Origin: Macrostomum lignano
Lineage: Eukaryota
Assembly (NCBI GenBank): GCA_002269645.1
Contig: NIVC01002380.1
Coordinates: 1 to 53,180, forward strand
Direction: 5' to 3'
Length of the DNA: 53,180 nucleotides
The notes beneath the pieces were generated by a model. It ran no database searches, was not told the DNA's origin, and worked only from the letters and a program-made list of their open reading frames with translations. The position numbers were made by a program, and so were the translations under genes. Below are positions 37,313-49,149 of this stretch, in pieces; position 1 is the stretch's first letter, and each line of letters begins with the position of its first letter.

Positions 37313-37866
37313 TTGCTTCTTTTGCGAATTGTTTTTCTTTTGCTTCACCATTTTCCCTGAACTACACTTTCTTTCGCATTCCTCTTGCCTTTCTTGGTTC
37401 TTGTGTTTTTCTGTTTTTGGTTGACTCAATTTTGCGACTTACCCCTGGTCAGCCACGATTTACAGTGGCCGGATCGGCCAGGTCGGCCAGCAGTTGCGCA
37501 TGTATGTACCTTGTTATAATGAACTAAAATTAATTTTTGTTTCCTATATAGAAATTATTTCCACTACAATGGACTTAAAATGCTAAATGGTTATTATTAA
37601 TAAAAATAGTATAGAAATTGAAGGAATTATTCAGAAGAATTTAGGACTTGAATAATTTGTTCAATGATTTTGACTTTTTTATAATATGTTTTGAAGCATA
37701 TTGAAAAACTTCAAATATTTATTGGCTGGCCATCCACTCAAACAATTAGGTATAATTAGAAATTATTTGAAGTCTTGGTCTTGATTTTTCTATCTGTTGT
37801 TGTCTTAAGAATGAATTGCATGCCAATACTAATTATTTGCAACTTCCTTGGATCCCAAATGCCCAG

Positions 37867-40102
37867 GTACCAGTCCTAACTGGGTTCTGGCGCCACTACT
37901 CAGTGCCTACCACCAAGATGTTCATTGATGGCGAATTTGTGGAGTCCAAGGCAAAGAGCTGGATCGAGCTGCACAATCCAGCCAACAATGAGCTGGTCAC
38001 CCGGGTGCCTAAGTGTACTGAGGCGGAGATGAATTCTGCTGTTGATTCCTGCCAAACTGCTTTCGAGTCCTGGCGCAAGACCACCGTGCTGACCAGGCAG
38101 AGCCTCATGTTCGAACTGCAGCGGCTCATCAAGCGGGACATGAAGAAGCTGGCGGAGAACATCACCTTGGAGCAGGGGAAGACTCTGGCTGATGCTCATG
38201 GCGATGTCATGCGGGGTCTGCAGGTACAGCTGCTGCGGTTGGATCGGCTTTTGTTAGCTTGGGCAATTACAGCCTGGTTGCTAAGGTCTCAAAAAGGGTT
38301 GGTTTTTACTCAGCTGCCAGGCGGTGCGATGAAAATGGCTGGGCACATAATTAGTTGCTAAGGACTCTCAAATGGCTGATCTCAAAATTGGTTGCTAAGG
38401 ACTCGGGAATGGCTGGTCACAGAATTGGTTGCTAAGGGCTCGGGAATGGCTGGTCACAGAATTATGGCTGTTCACAGAATTGGTTGCTAAGGGCTCGGGA
38501 CTGGCTAGTCACAGAATTGGTTGCTAAGGACTCTCAAATGGCTGATCTCAAAATTGGTTGCTAAGGCCTCAGAAATAGCTGGTCACGTAGTGGTTGCTAC
38601 GGCATTATAAGTTTACTCGCAACAACCAAAAACTCACAACTCGTCGCCAGGTGGTGGAGCACTGCTGCAGCATCACGTCCCTGCAGCTGGGAGAGACCAT
38701 GCCCGGCATTGCCAAGGACATGGACACGCACACCTACCGGGTCCCCCTGGGCGTCACCGCCGGCATCACGCCGTTTAACTTCCCCGCCATGATCCCGCTG
38801 TGGATGTTCCCCTTGTCCCTGGTGTGCGGCAACACCATGCTGCTGAAGCCGTCGGAGCGAGACCCCGGCGCCTGCATGCTGCTCATGGGCCTGCTGCAGG
38901 AGGCCGGCTTCCCCAAGGGTGTCGTGAACGTTATCCACGGCGCCCAGGAGGCCGTCACCTTCATCTGCGACAACCCGCAAATCCGCGCCATCAGCTTCGT
39001 GGGCTCGGACCGGGCCGGCCAGTACATCTACGAGAGGGGCAGCAAGTCCGGCAAGCGGGTGCAGTGCAACATGGGCGCCAAGAACCACGGCGTGATCCTG
39101 CCGGATGCCAACAAGGCGCAGACTATCCAGGTGGGCCTTTCGCCTGCTGTGTTATCTCCCTTGTCTCCCCCATCTCCCTTGTCTCCCCTCATCTCCTTTG
39201 TCTCCCCCCATCTCCCTTGTCTCCCCCATCTCCCTTGTCTCCCCCATCTCCCTTGTCTCCCCCATCTCCCTTGTCTCCCCATCTCCCTTGACTCCCCCAT
39301 CTCCCTTGTCTACCCATCTCCCTTGTCTCCCCCATCTCCCTTGTCTCCCCCCATCTCCCTTGTCTCCCCCATCTCCCTTGTCTCCCCCATCTCTCTTGTC
39401 TCCCCCATCTCCCTTGTCTCCCCCATCTCCCCCATCTCCCTTGTCTCCCCCATCTCCCTTATCTCCCCCCATCTCCCTTGTCTCCCCCATCTTCTTTCTC
39501 CCCTTTACCTTCTAAGATCTCTCGTCTCCGCTCTCGCCGCCAGCAGCTCCGCAGTCCGCGCCCAACCCTCCCATTTCAGTCTCTCATTGGCGCCGCTTTC
39601 GGCGCCGCCGGCCAGCGCTGCATGGCGCTCAGCACCGCCATCCTGGTGGGGGAGGCGCGCAACTGGCTGCCGGAGATCGTCGCCCGCGCCAAGGAGCTCC
39701 GCGTTGGCCCCGGCACCGAACCTGGCGCCGACCTCGGCCCAGTCATCTCCCCGGAGGCCAAAGCGCGCATCCTCAGCCTGGTGGAGTCCGGCATCTCCGA
39801 GGGCGCCGACTGCGTGCTGGACGGCCGAGGCCTCGTGGTCAAGGGGTACGAGAAGGGCAACTTTGTTGGCCCCACCATCCTCACTAAGGTGAGTCAGACT
39901 GACTGGGGCTAGCTAAGGCAGGTAGACAGACAGACAGGCAGGCAGGCAGAAAAGAATAAGTTTATCTCCACTTGTTTCTCAAGAAACTTCCAGAGAAGTT
40001 CGGTTGATCGATTGCCGATATGTAGCGTAACTCAGTTAAAAGCTATCTATACATCGTCTGATGCAAAATGATTCGCGCGCCGCCATGAATCAGGTGACCC
40101 CC

Positions 40103-40145
<43 letters not shown>

Positions 40146-40206
40146 CCAGGTGACCCCAGCTCTCTCTCTCTCAGCTCCCTCTCTCTCTCTTATCCAGGTG
40201 ACCTTC

Positions 40207-40249
<43 letters not shown>

Positions 40250-40306
40250 CCAGGTGACCCCCAGCTCTCTCTCTCTCTCTCTCTCTCTTATCCAGGTGAC
40301 CCCCAG

Positions 40307-40337
<31 letters not shown>

Positions 40338-40762
40338 CCAGGTGACCCCCAGCTCTCTCTCTCTCCCTCATCCAGGTGACCCCCAGCATGGAGTGCTACC
40401 GGGAGGAGATCTTCGGGCCGGTGCTGCTGTGCCTGGAGGCGGACACCCTGGAGGACGCCATCCAGCTGATCAACTCCAACCCGTACGGCAACGGCACGGC
40501 CATCTTCACCAACAGCGGCGCCGCGGCCCGCAAGTTCACCGAGGAGATCGACGTCGGCCAGGTGGGCGTCAACGTGCCGATCCCGGTGCCGCTGCCCATG
40601 TTCAGCTTCACTGGCAGCCGGGGCAGCTTCCGCGGCGACCAGAACTTCTACGGCAAGCACGGCGTGCACTTTTACACCCAGCTGAAGACCGTGACGCAGC
40701 TGTGGCGGTCTGAGGATGCGGTCACCAGCGCCTCGGCCACCGCCATGCCCGTCATGCGCTGA
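37867..40762 (+). CDS. ALDH6A1: Methylmalonate-semialdehyde dehydrogenase (acylating), mitochondrial; 4 exons, 510 aa, start codon not located
   Basis: Exons 37867-38223, 38651-39130, 39580-39888, 40376-40762, all phase 0, GT-AG. Motifs [47 protein letters not shown] (catalytic Cys), [37 protein letters not shown] at 41063-41068. Confidence 0.95.
38330..38595. repeat. ~37-bp degenerate minisatellite in ALDH6A1 intron
   Basis: AATTGGTTGCTAAGGGCTCGGGAATGGCTGGTCACAG variants. Confidence 0.85.
39150..39492. repeat. 17-18-bp minisatellite in ALDH6A1 intron
   Basis: CCCCATCTCCCTTGTCT repeated. Confidence 0.93.
40091..40375 (+). repeat. Compound repeat: six copies of the exon-5 acceptor junction separated by (TC)n
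   Basis: Unit GTGACCCC(C)AGC(TC)nTTATCCAG; unit starts at 40094, 40150, 40198, 40254, 40296, 40342; the true exon starts at 40376 with GTGACCCCCAGC. Confidence 0.95.
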
Positions 40763-41466
40763 GTTCTGCACTTTTGCTGACCGAATTCATTGGAGCGACT
40801 CTGGCTTGTTCATTAACAACATAAGTTGTCGGGTACAAGTGTTCGCATCAGCCTACTGGCAGTAGAGTATCCAACATTTCCATTTTCTATTCTGATTTTT
40901 TCCTGAAAAATTCACGTTTGCGCGCCATATTGAATGATGAGTCCGATTTGCGCCTAAGCCGTTTGTTATTCCCTTAATCCGCTACATTCAATAGCTTTGC
41001 GCTTGCGTATTTCTATAATCCTGTTTTCATAGAGAGATGAGGCACTTTTTCCATTATTTCGTAATAAACAAAAATGTATGGACAGTGAGTTTCTTATGAA
41101 TCAGTCGACTCAAATCCGTGTTTTTTGCTCGTCTTAATTGAAGATTTGGCATTAATTTCCTCTCTTTAAACTGGACAAGCGGCCTGTTCGTTGGCGAAAA
41201 TCGAGCGAGCCCTTTTTGGGGCTGCTTTGTTGACTTTATTTTATTAAACTATTTCATTAACTCATCATTTCATGTCCTGTCAAACTTGAGGAGCTTCGCC
41301 TGTTCTTGGCAGATTTCAAGCAAAAGGCTGGGGGCATGGTAGCATGAATAGTGCGAAACCCGTTCTGATGGATGCGTTCAGGCCACTGCCGCTGTGTGTC
41401 TCCCAGTTCTGGATTGCATATCCACCTGTGACTGAGGCTTCATTGAAGTTCGGGGTTCCTTGCGAC

Positions 41467-42223
41467 CCATTCTATTCCTGCATCCATGATAGGCTAGATT
41501 AGCAATCCATTCTATTCCTGCACCCATGATAGGCTAGATTAGCAATCCATTCTATTCCTGCACCCATGATAGGCTAGATTAGCAATCCATTCTATTCCTG
41601 CACCCATGATAGGCTAGATTAGCAATCCATTCTATTCCTGCACCCATGATAGGCTAGATTAGCAATCCATTCTATTCCTGCACCCATGATAGGCTAGATT
41701 AGCAATCCATTCTATTCCTGCATCCATGATAGGCTAGATTAGCAATCCATTCTATTCCTGCACCCATGATAGGCTAGATTAGCAATCCATTCTATTCCTG
41801 CTGCCATGATAGGCTAGATTAGCAATCCATTCTATTCCTGCATCCATTATAGGCTAGATTAGCAATCCATTCTATTCCTGCACCCACGATAGGCTAGATT
41901 AGCAATCCATTCTATTCCTGCACCCATGATAGGCTAGATTAGCAATCCATTCTATTCCTGCACCCATGATAGGCTAGATTAGCAATCCATTCTATTCCTG
42001 CACCCATGATAGGCTAGATTAGCAATCCATTCTATTCCTGCACCCATGATAGGCTAGATTAGCAATCCATTCTATTCCTGCATCCATGATAGGCTAGATT
42101 AGCAATCCATTCTATTCCTGCACCCATGATAGGCTAGATTAGCAATCCATTCTATTCCTGCTGCCATGATAGGCTAGATTAGCAATCCATTCTATTCCTG
42201 CATCCATTATACTAGATAGGCTA
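41467..42223 (+). repeat. 40-bp satellite array, about 19 monomers
   Basis: Same monomer as 1-13903, mostly the GCAC variant. Confidence 0.98.
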
Positions 42224-42489
42224 CAGGAAGGTCACCGGGTCATCTTTATCTCAAGAAGTCTCTCCAAGGCCGAGTTAAATTATTCAAATATAGAACGTGA
42301 GGCATTAGCAATTTTCTGGGCGGTCACACGACTAAAACCCTATTTATTAGGACAACGCTTCACCATCAACACCAACCAGCAGCCACTCGTTCGTCTGTTG
42401 GGTCCATCTGGCGGAATCCCGCTTAATACATCCGCTCGTATCTCGCGATGGGTGTTGTTGGCAACGATGCAATACGACTATACAACAAA

Positions 42490-43020
42490 ACAACAACCAC
42501 AATAAATTACTTTACCCGCCAGCCACGCAGTGGCTAGAAAGGGGGGAGTCAGAGAGCGCGGCTCTGGGCCAAAGCCCTCAAAAAGTCGCTCCCCAGCTGG
42601 GTCCGGGGCGCCAGCATCGGTCAAAAGTCAGTCAGGGTATCTCGCCGTTCGCCCTTTGCCTCGCCTGCGTGGTCCCTGCAGCTTGAGCAGCAGCAGCTCG
42701 TGCAGCGACTCAAGGCAGCGAGCCTCCGACTAGATGACGTGGTCTGCCAGTCGAAGTCGCCGCCCGCGCAGCAGGTCAGAAGGCCGCATCAGGCGTGCCC
42801 TCGTGTAGAGCGCGGTGTTGGTCTCGCTGCCTGGACCGCTGCGCACTCCGAAGCGTCCGTCAGAGTCCAGGTCTCGGCGTTGTACAACAAGACAGTCTCA
42901 ACGACTGCCTGAAACAGCCGAGCCTTGAGCCCGTCATCCAGGGCCTCAGAATGGAGCACGGAGCGCACAGAACGAAACGCGGCCCAGGCCAGTCCAGGTC
43001 GTCGGCAATGTCCGGCACGA
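42490..43020 (-). mobile_element. 5'-truncated LINE 3' fragment inserted in the Gypsy element
   Basis: LKARLFQAVVETVLLYNAETWTLT and RRLRLADHV..LQGPRRRGKGRT on the minus strand; (TTG)n-like tail at ~42482-42500. Confidence 0.8.
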
Positions 43021-44519
43021 CTAAACAATTATTACTTGCGTCCCCGGAAAATATCCTTCACGCCTACGCTTTGTTGCGGTTGCGCTTCACAGACTCGTCC
43101 GTTGATCCAAAGGAGGTGTGCAGTGCGATCAACTGTGTGCCGTTTGAGGGATCCTCTGGAAACTGAGCTGGGCGCAGACCTATTTATTCAAAAGATTATA
43201 TTCGTCGCGTCCGTTCAGGTGATTGGAGCCAATGTTCGACGGCGGAGAAGCCGTTCTGGCATGTTTCAGAGATGCTGGCGCCAGAGAATGGCAATTACTA
43301 TTTAAAGGCCGCCGGGTTTTTATCCATGCCTCGGAGGGAGGTTTTCAGTGCGGCCCACAGCACACATCCGGCTACTTTCAATAGCATGGCTCTGTCCCAT
43401 TGGTGGCCCGGCATGAGCTCCAACTTAGAACAATTTGTTCGTCAGTGTGCGGGCTGCAACCAGCTGCGCCCAATTCCAAGACTTTCAAAATCCAGAGACA
43501 CTTGGCCGGCCACGGACTATCCATTCCAAAAGCTTCACAAATGGACTGGGCGTACGTCAAGGACGCTGGTAACGCACTGATCGTCGTCAAGTGCTCTAGG
43601 TCAACTGCCTCCGTATTCCGATCCTTGCGCACTGTCTTCACGCGCTTCGGCGTCCCCGAACTGCTTGTGTCAGATAATGCACCAGAGTTCGTCGGCCACT
43701 GGTTGCTCACATGGTTGAAACTAATTAAATGGAGTAAAAAAGCTCGAGTCTCCCACCTACTATCTCCAAGCAAACGACGCCGCTGAAAGGGCTGTCCAGA
43801 CCGTAAAGCGCGCCCTCCGTGCCTGGACGAAACGCATCACTCGCGCGGATTTCACCTCCTTTCTACAGCCTCTGTTCCATCATAGGAACTCATCGCTATG
43901 CCGCGGTAATTCGTCTTCGGACGCCAACTTCGAGTGCCCCTCGTTTCTACCTTCTCGCAGGGCCAGCAAATTCTTTACCAGCCAACTACTGACGCATCTG
44001 CATCCGGAGTTGAGTTTTTAATAAATAAAGGCAGCAATACTTCGAGCAATCCAATGGCTGCTTTTAGTCACTGCCAGGAAAATGTCACGGGTGCATCTTG
44101 CACCAAAGCAAGTCTGAGCCGCAGCTGCAGTCGGTGCTCCAAGGCCCCGCCCATGTCCCGCTGTTTTAAGAGCGCGGGAGATAAACCCTTATCCGCCCAG
44201 CTAAAAGCGGCTTAGCGACGGCAGGTGCGACATCGCGAGGCCCACCCGGAATTAACGGATTCCCTGACTGGATCAGCGATTTTCTGTCCAGTTCAGATAA
44301 ACCATGGCCTCGATTTTAGCCGAATCACGCGCGCCGCAACATAGCTGCTAATTAGGCACGTGCGGGTATTTGATTAAAGTAATTACCATGAGCGACGCGA
44401 CACACGTTGGTGAATATTTTTGTGAAGTTCAGATATTTCTCAACTGCAATTTTGCTAGATACGCGAGTAAGTGGGATAATTGCAGAGGATAAGGTTCGAT
44501 TCTGCATATGGTTGATTTC

Positions 44520-45056
44520 GGTTGGGTGCTGCTGAGGGGCGTTGGGTGCTGCTGAGGGGGGGGTTGGGTGCTGCTGAGGGGCGTTGGGTGCTGCTGAGGG
44601 GCGTTGGGTGCTGCTGAGGTGGTTGGGTGCTGCTGAGGGGGGTTGGGTGCTGCTGAGGGGGTTGGGTGCTGCTGAGGGGCGTTGGGTGCTGCTGGGGTTG
44701 GGTGCTGCTGAGGGGGGGGTTGGGTGCTGCTGAGGGGGGTTGGGTGCTGCTGAGCGGGGTTGGGTGCTGATGAGGGGGGTTGGGTGCTGCTGAGGGGGGG
44801 TTGGGTGCTGCTGAGGGGGGTTGGGTGCTGCTGAGGGGGGTTGGGTGCTGCTGAGGGGGGTTGGGTGCTGCTGAGGGGGGTTGGGTGCTGCTGAGGGGGT
44901 TGGGTGCTGCTGAGGGGGGTTGGGTGCTGCTGAGGGGGGTTGGGTGCTGCTGAGGGGGGTTGGGTGCTGCTGAGGGAGGTTGGGTGCTGCTGAGGGAGTT
45001 GGGTGCTGCTGAGGGAGTTGAGTGCTGCTGAGGGAGTTGGGTGCTGCTGAGGGGGG
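44520..45056. repeat. 19-20-bp G-rich minisatellite (GGGTTGGGTGCTGCTGAGG)
   Basis: Direct reading; G-run lengths vary. Confidence 0.95.
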
Positions 45057-45467
45057 AATTTAAATTGGGGGGGGATTTAAAATCTTAAATTTTGAGTTTT
45101 CGAGCTGAGCCATCGCTCCTGCCTCTCAGCAGATTCCTGGCGGTACTCTGCGGATGCTGAATTCCGCCTCAATAAATCAAATAAACGGCTGTCAGGGCAG
45201 CTCCAAATTAATTAGTACAGTGTATTCAGTTTTACAAGAGAACCAATGCCGGACCCCAGTATAAAAATGACAGTAAGCATTATGCAAGTTTTTACAAAGT
45301 GTTCTTTTTATGCTTTCCATCAGCCCTGCTCGATCAATATCGTCTCTCTTCTTGAATTTTGTGAAATCGCCAGTTATGGACAGGGTTGTTGCTTGATAAC
45401 CGTTATATGTCACGCGATGTGTTTCAGACCATTGGGTCCTCCGCCTCCGCCACTGATTGCCCACCTG

Positions 45468-45573
45468 CATGCTCCCCCACCTGCATGCTCACCCACCTGC
45501 ATGCTCACCCACCTGCATGCTCACCCACCTGCATGCTCACCCACCTGCATGCTCACCCACCTGCATGCTCACC
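45468..45573. repeat. 16-bp minisatellite (CACCCACCTGCATGCT)
   Basis: Direct reading; just downstream of the GPCR stop. Confidence 0.9.
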
Positions 45574-45631
45574 CTTAAGCCTTAAGTCTTAAGCCTTCCC
45601 CCACCCGTCTCCCTCAGCAGGCAGCGGGCAG

Positions 45632-47046
45632 TCAGTTCCGGCTGGCGACCATCTCGACGACGGGGGCTGTCGATGTCGCCGCCTGCGACCGCCGGCTGCA
45701 CTTTCTCAGGCGGAGCCGCCGCAGGCCGCGCCGGAACTCCGGGCTGATGCTGACCTGCAGCAGCGGCTTCACTGAGCAGGCGAACAGCGCCGCCCACACC
45801 AGGGCATTGTGCTCGGCGTCTGAGGCCAGCCGCAGCAGGCGGCCGAACATGGCGTAGCAGGAGTACGGCAGCCACAGCGCGTTGAAGATGAGGTAGTTCA
45901 GCATCACCACCGCCAGAGAGCGGACTAGGCGGGTCTGTTCGCCCGACTGGCTGCCGCAGTTCTGAAGGTCCCGGACTCGACGCCGGGAAGCCAGCACGTG
46001 GAGCAGGATGCGGCAGTAGCAGAAGCCGGCCACCGCAGAGGGCACCGTCACCATGGCCATGAGCACCAGCACCGTGGTGGCCAGGTCCGCATCCGCGTCG
46101 CTAAAGAAGCACAGGAAGCTGTCCGGCACGTAGTGGAAAGCTCGCCTGTCGAACACCACACCGCTCAGGACCAGCCACACCGCCCAGTTTGCGACCAGGC
46201 GGACAGCCACCTGGCGTGGGCCCACCAGGCATCTTGGAGGGTGGAGAGAATGATTGGGTGGCTTTTCGTGCTTGGCGGCTTGCGTGTACACAAACCCCAT
46301 CCACCTTATTCCCTAGCTGCTTCTTATATTCACCCCTGATAGCCCCACCCCATTCCTTGGCTCTAATAAACCCCACCTCACTCCCCGCCTCTGATAACCC
46401 CACCTCACTCCCCGCCTCTGATAACCCAACCTCACTCCCCGCCTCTGATAACCCCACCTCACTCCCGCCTCTGATAACCCCACCTCACTCCATGTCTGAT
46501 AACCCCACCTCACTCCCCGCCTCTGATAACCCCACCTCACTCCATGTCTGATAACCGCCACCTCACTCCCCGTCCTTGAAAACCGCCACCTCACTCCCCG
46601 CTCCGCAAAGCCCCGGTTCCCCGAGCGCGCGGTGCGAACCTGCGGTAGGCGGCGGGATACAGCAGGAACACGAATCTGTTGAAGCCGATCAGAGCAAAGC
46701 TGGAATTGGCGACGCCGGTGCACACGAAGAGAGCGCAGCCGCTCACCATGCAGACGGTTTCGTCGACTAGACGAGCGCCGGCCGCCCGCTGCGCGATGGC
46801 CAATGGCAGGAGGAGGCAGCAGACCAGCAGGTCGCAAGCGGCGATGTTGGCCACGCAGGCGTTGATGCCGTTCTGCAGCTCCTTGTTGGCGGCCATCAGC
46901 ACCAGAACCAGCGCGTTGCCGGCCAGGCCCAGCCAGCAGGCGGCGAGCAGGAAGGCGAGGCCGGCGGCCCGCCAGGCCGGAGAGTTTAGCAGGTTCAAGT
47001 TGACACCGGCGTCCGCGCTGCCGGTGTCGTTTTCGGCGGCTTCCAT
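45632..47046 (-). CDS. Rhodopsin-class (family A) orphan GPCR, Tre1/moody/melatonin-receptor-like; 2 exons, about 335 aa
   Basis: Exons 47046-46640 and 46232-45632 (phase 2; donor AG|GTTCGC chosen because it gives a normal ICL2 length, and the alternative GTGAGG donor ~45 nt further is possible). N-glycosylation site NDT; TM1 GN; TM2 NIAACD; TM3 C..FNRF; ECL2 C; TM5 FCY; TM6 WLPY; TM7 KPLLQ; helix 8 PEFRRGL. Confidence 0.85.
46360..46575. repeat. 27-bp minisatellite in GPCR intron
   Basis: CTGATAACCCCACCTCACTCCCCGCCT, about 8 copies. Confidence 0.93.
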
Positions 47047-47109
47047 GCCAGGTTCCCTGTTGTTTAGATCTATTTAGAACGGTTTAGAGTCCCAACTGAT
47101 TGACGATGT

Positions 47110-47705
47110 AAGCCTCAGAGTGACAACGCGAGGCTTGGAGTGACAATGTGGGACTTGGAGTGAAAGTGTCAGGCTTGGAGTGACAATTTGAGACTTGGAG
47201 TGACAATGCGAGGCTTGGAGTGACAACTTGTGAGGCTTGGAGTGACAATGCGAGGCTTGGAGTGACAACTTGTGAGGCTTGGAGTGACAATGCGAGGCTT
47301 GGAGTGACGATTTGTGAGGCTTGGAGTGACAAATGCGAGGCTTGGAGTGACAACTTGTGAGGCTTGGAGTGACAATTTGAGACTTGGAGTGACAATGTGA
47401 GGCTTGGAGTGACAATGCGAGGCTTGGAGTGACAACTTGTGAGGCTTGGAGTGACAATTTGAGACTTGGAGTGACAATGTGAGGCTTGTAGTGACAATGT
47501 GAGACTTGGAGTGACAATATGAGGCCTGGAGTGACAATGTGGGACTTGGAGTGACATTGTAAGACTTGGAGTGTTAATGTGGAGCTTGGAGTGATAACTT
47601 GGGGCCTGAAGTAACAATGTGAGGCTTGGAGTGGCAATATGATTCTTGGCTTGGAGTGACAATGAAAGCCTTGGGGTGACAATAATGTGGACTCGGAGTG
47701 ACGAT
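47110..47705. repeat. 20-22-bp minisatellite upstream of the GPCR start
   Basis: GGCTTGGAGTGACAATGTGA variants. Confidence 0.93.
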
Positions 47706-49149
47706 AAAAGGCTGGTGGTTACGTGCATAGTATGGCCTCAATGGTATAAACAAATCTAATTGAAAATATGAAGTCCCAAACTGAGCAAGGAGTGGGAGGC
47801 GCTACAAAATTAAAAAATATCACAAACTTACCGCGAAGGTCTCTTTGTACTGTTAATTAGCGCTGGCTCAGAAAGCGAGAAGTCAGCCTTAGAAACAGAA
47901 ATAATGCAAACGGATCTCACACAGGTTGAAATATTGGAGACAATTTCCATTGCCAGCCCATTGCTTGAGTAGCTCTCCTTTTTATGTATCCACGCGATGG
48001 CGCCAGCCAATCAGATTCTACCGGACAAAGAGGCTGGGCTGCTAGACTTCATCAAGGCAGTTTCTGTGGCTGTACATCTGCTGGTAGGGGCGATTTTTGT
48101 CTCTAATGATGCAGGGAGAAAATGATAGCTGAGAGAGATCATGACTCAGATAGAGACATGATGCAGGGTGACAGAGATGATGCAGGGAGACGGACGTGAT
48201 GCAGGGATACAGAGATGGTGCAGGGAGACAGATGATGGGGGAACAAAAGATGCAGGGAGAAATAGATGATTTAAGGGAAGATGCTAATATCAGATTTAAG
48301 GTGGGCATTTGTTAAATCGGCACAGCACCATAACGCACGCTTCTGAAATCTGACGTGACGTAGGCATGTACTACTGTACATGGCTAGCCCGCCTCAACTC
48401 ACAGATGCTCAACAACAGCTCTCTAGAGATTATAGCATTAAAGTTCTACAGGCCCAAGACAGGCCTTCGAGGTGCTCAAATTTCTGAATAATCGAATCGG
48501 CTTATCTGAGCTGCATTCTAAAAAGCGTGAGTATATGAAAACTTTGCCTCGGCAGCTAATTAGTAGCTAAAACACGAAATTTGCAACTGCTTTGCAGTCG
48601 CGCTGTTGGAGTGTATGTTAATCTGCTGGAGCAGATCTGCAGATAAGATCTGCAGGAGCAGATCTGCAGATAAGATATGTTAATCTGCGTTCTTTTTAAG
48701 ACCTTTATCTGTGACGGCACATCTGCAGCAGCGCGCGGACAAGCAATTAGGATAAAACAGTGAAAAGGGCAATCATGCATTAAAATGAACTTTTTAAAGT
48801 TCTTCTTTAAACATAAATTACTGCAAGAACTTCGTTGAATGAGAAGCAAAATTTTTCCTATAGTATGGACAGCTGAATCGATCTGTTAAGACAAATTGAA
48901 CAGATAGAACCGCAGATTCTAGAATAACTAAATATGCCAGTTGCAATTAAGTTGTAAAAAGCAGAGTGTCTACTCTTTTTTCAGTAGTTTGTCTGCGCAG
49001 TGTTACTTAAATTAAATACGGGATGCAAAAATTTCCTTTCCTTCCTCAGGGTTTGCGGCCTCAGGTGCATATGGGGTTAAGAATGAACAACAGGCATTTA
49101 ACTAACTCGGTGTATACAAGTGAACGCAAGACGGACGAAAGTCAGTCTA

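Larger units (their letters stand above)
41280..44200 (+). mobile_element. Decayed Gypsy/Ty3 LTR retrotransposon pol (RT end, RNase H, integrase), interrupted twice
   Basis: LQEGHRVIFISRSLSKAELNYSNIEREALAIFWAV..RISRW (RNase H, 42221-42480); ENILHAYALLRL; HSTH..WWPGM..CAGC (zinc finger); FGVPELLVSDNAPEF; AAERAVQTVKRAL. The weaker left part ELRLFL..VTEASLKFGV lies at 41285-41465. LTRs not identified. Confidence 0.85.

Noticed and set aside
45192-45470. 92-aa minus-strand ORF
   Set aside because: No recognisable domain, splice context or coding-like composition.
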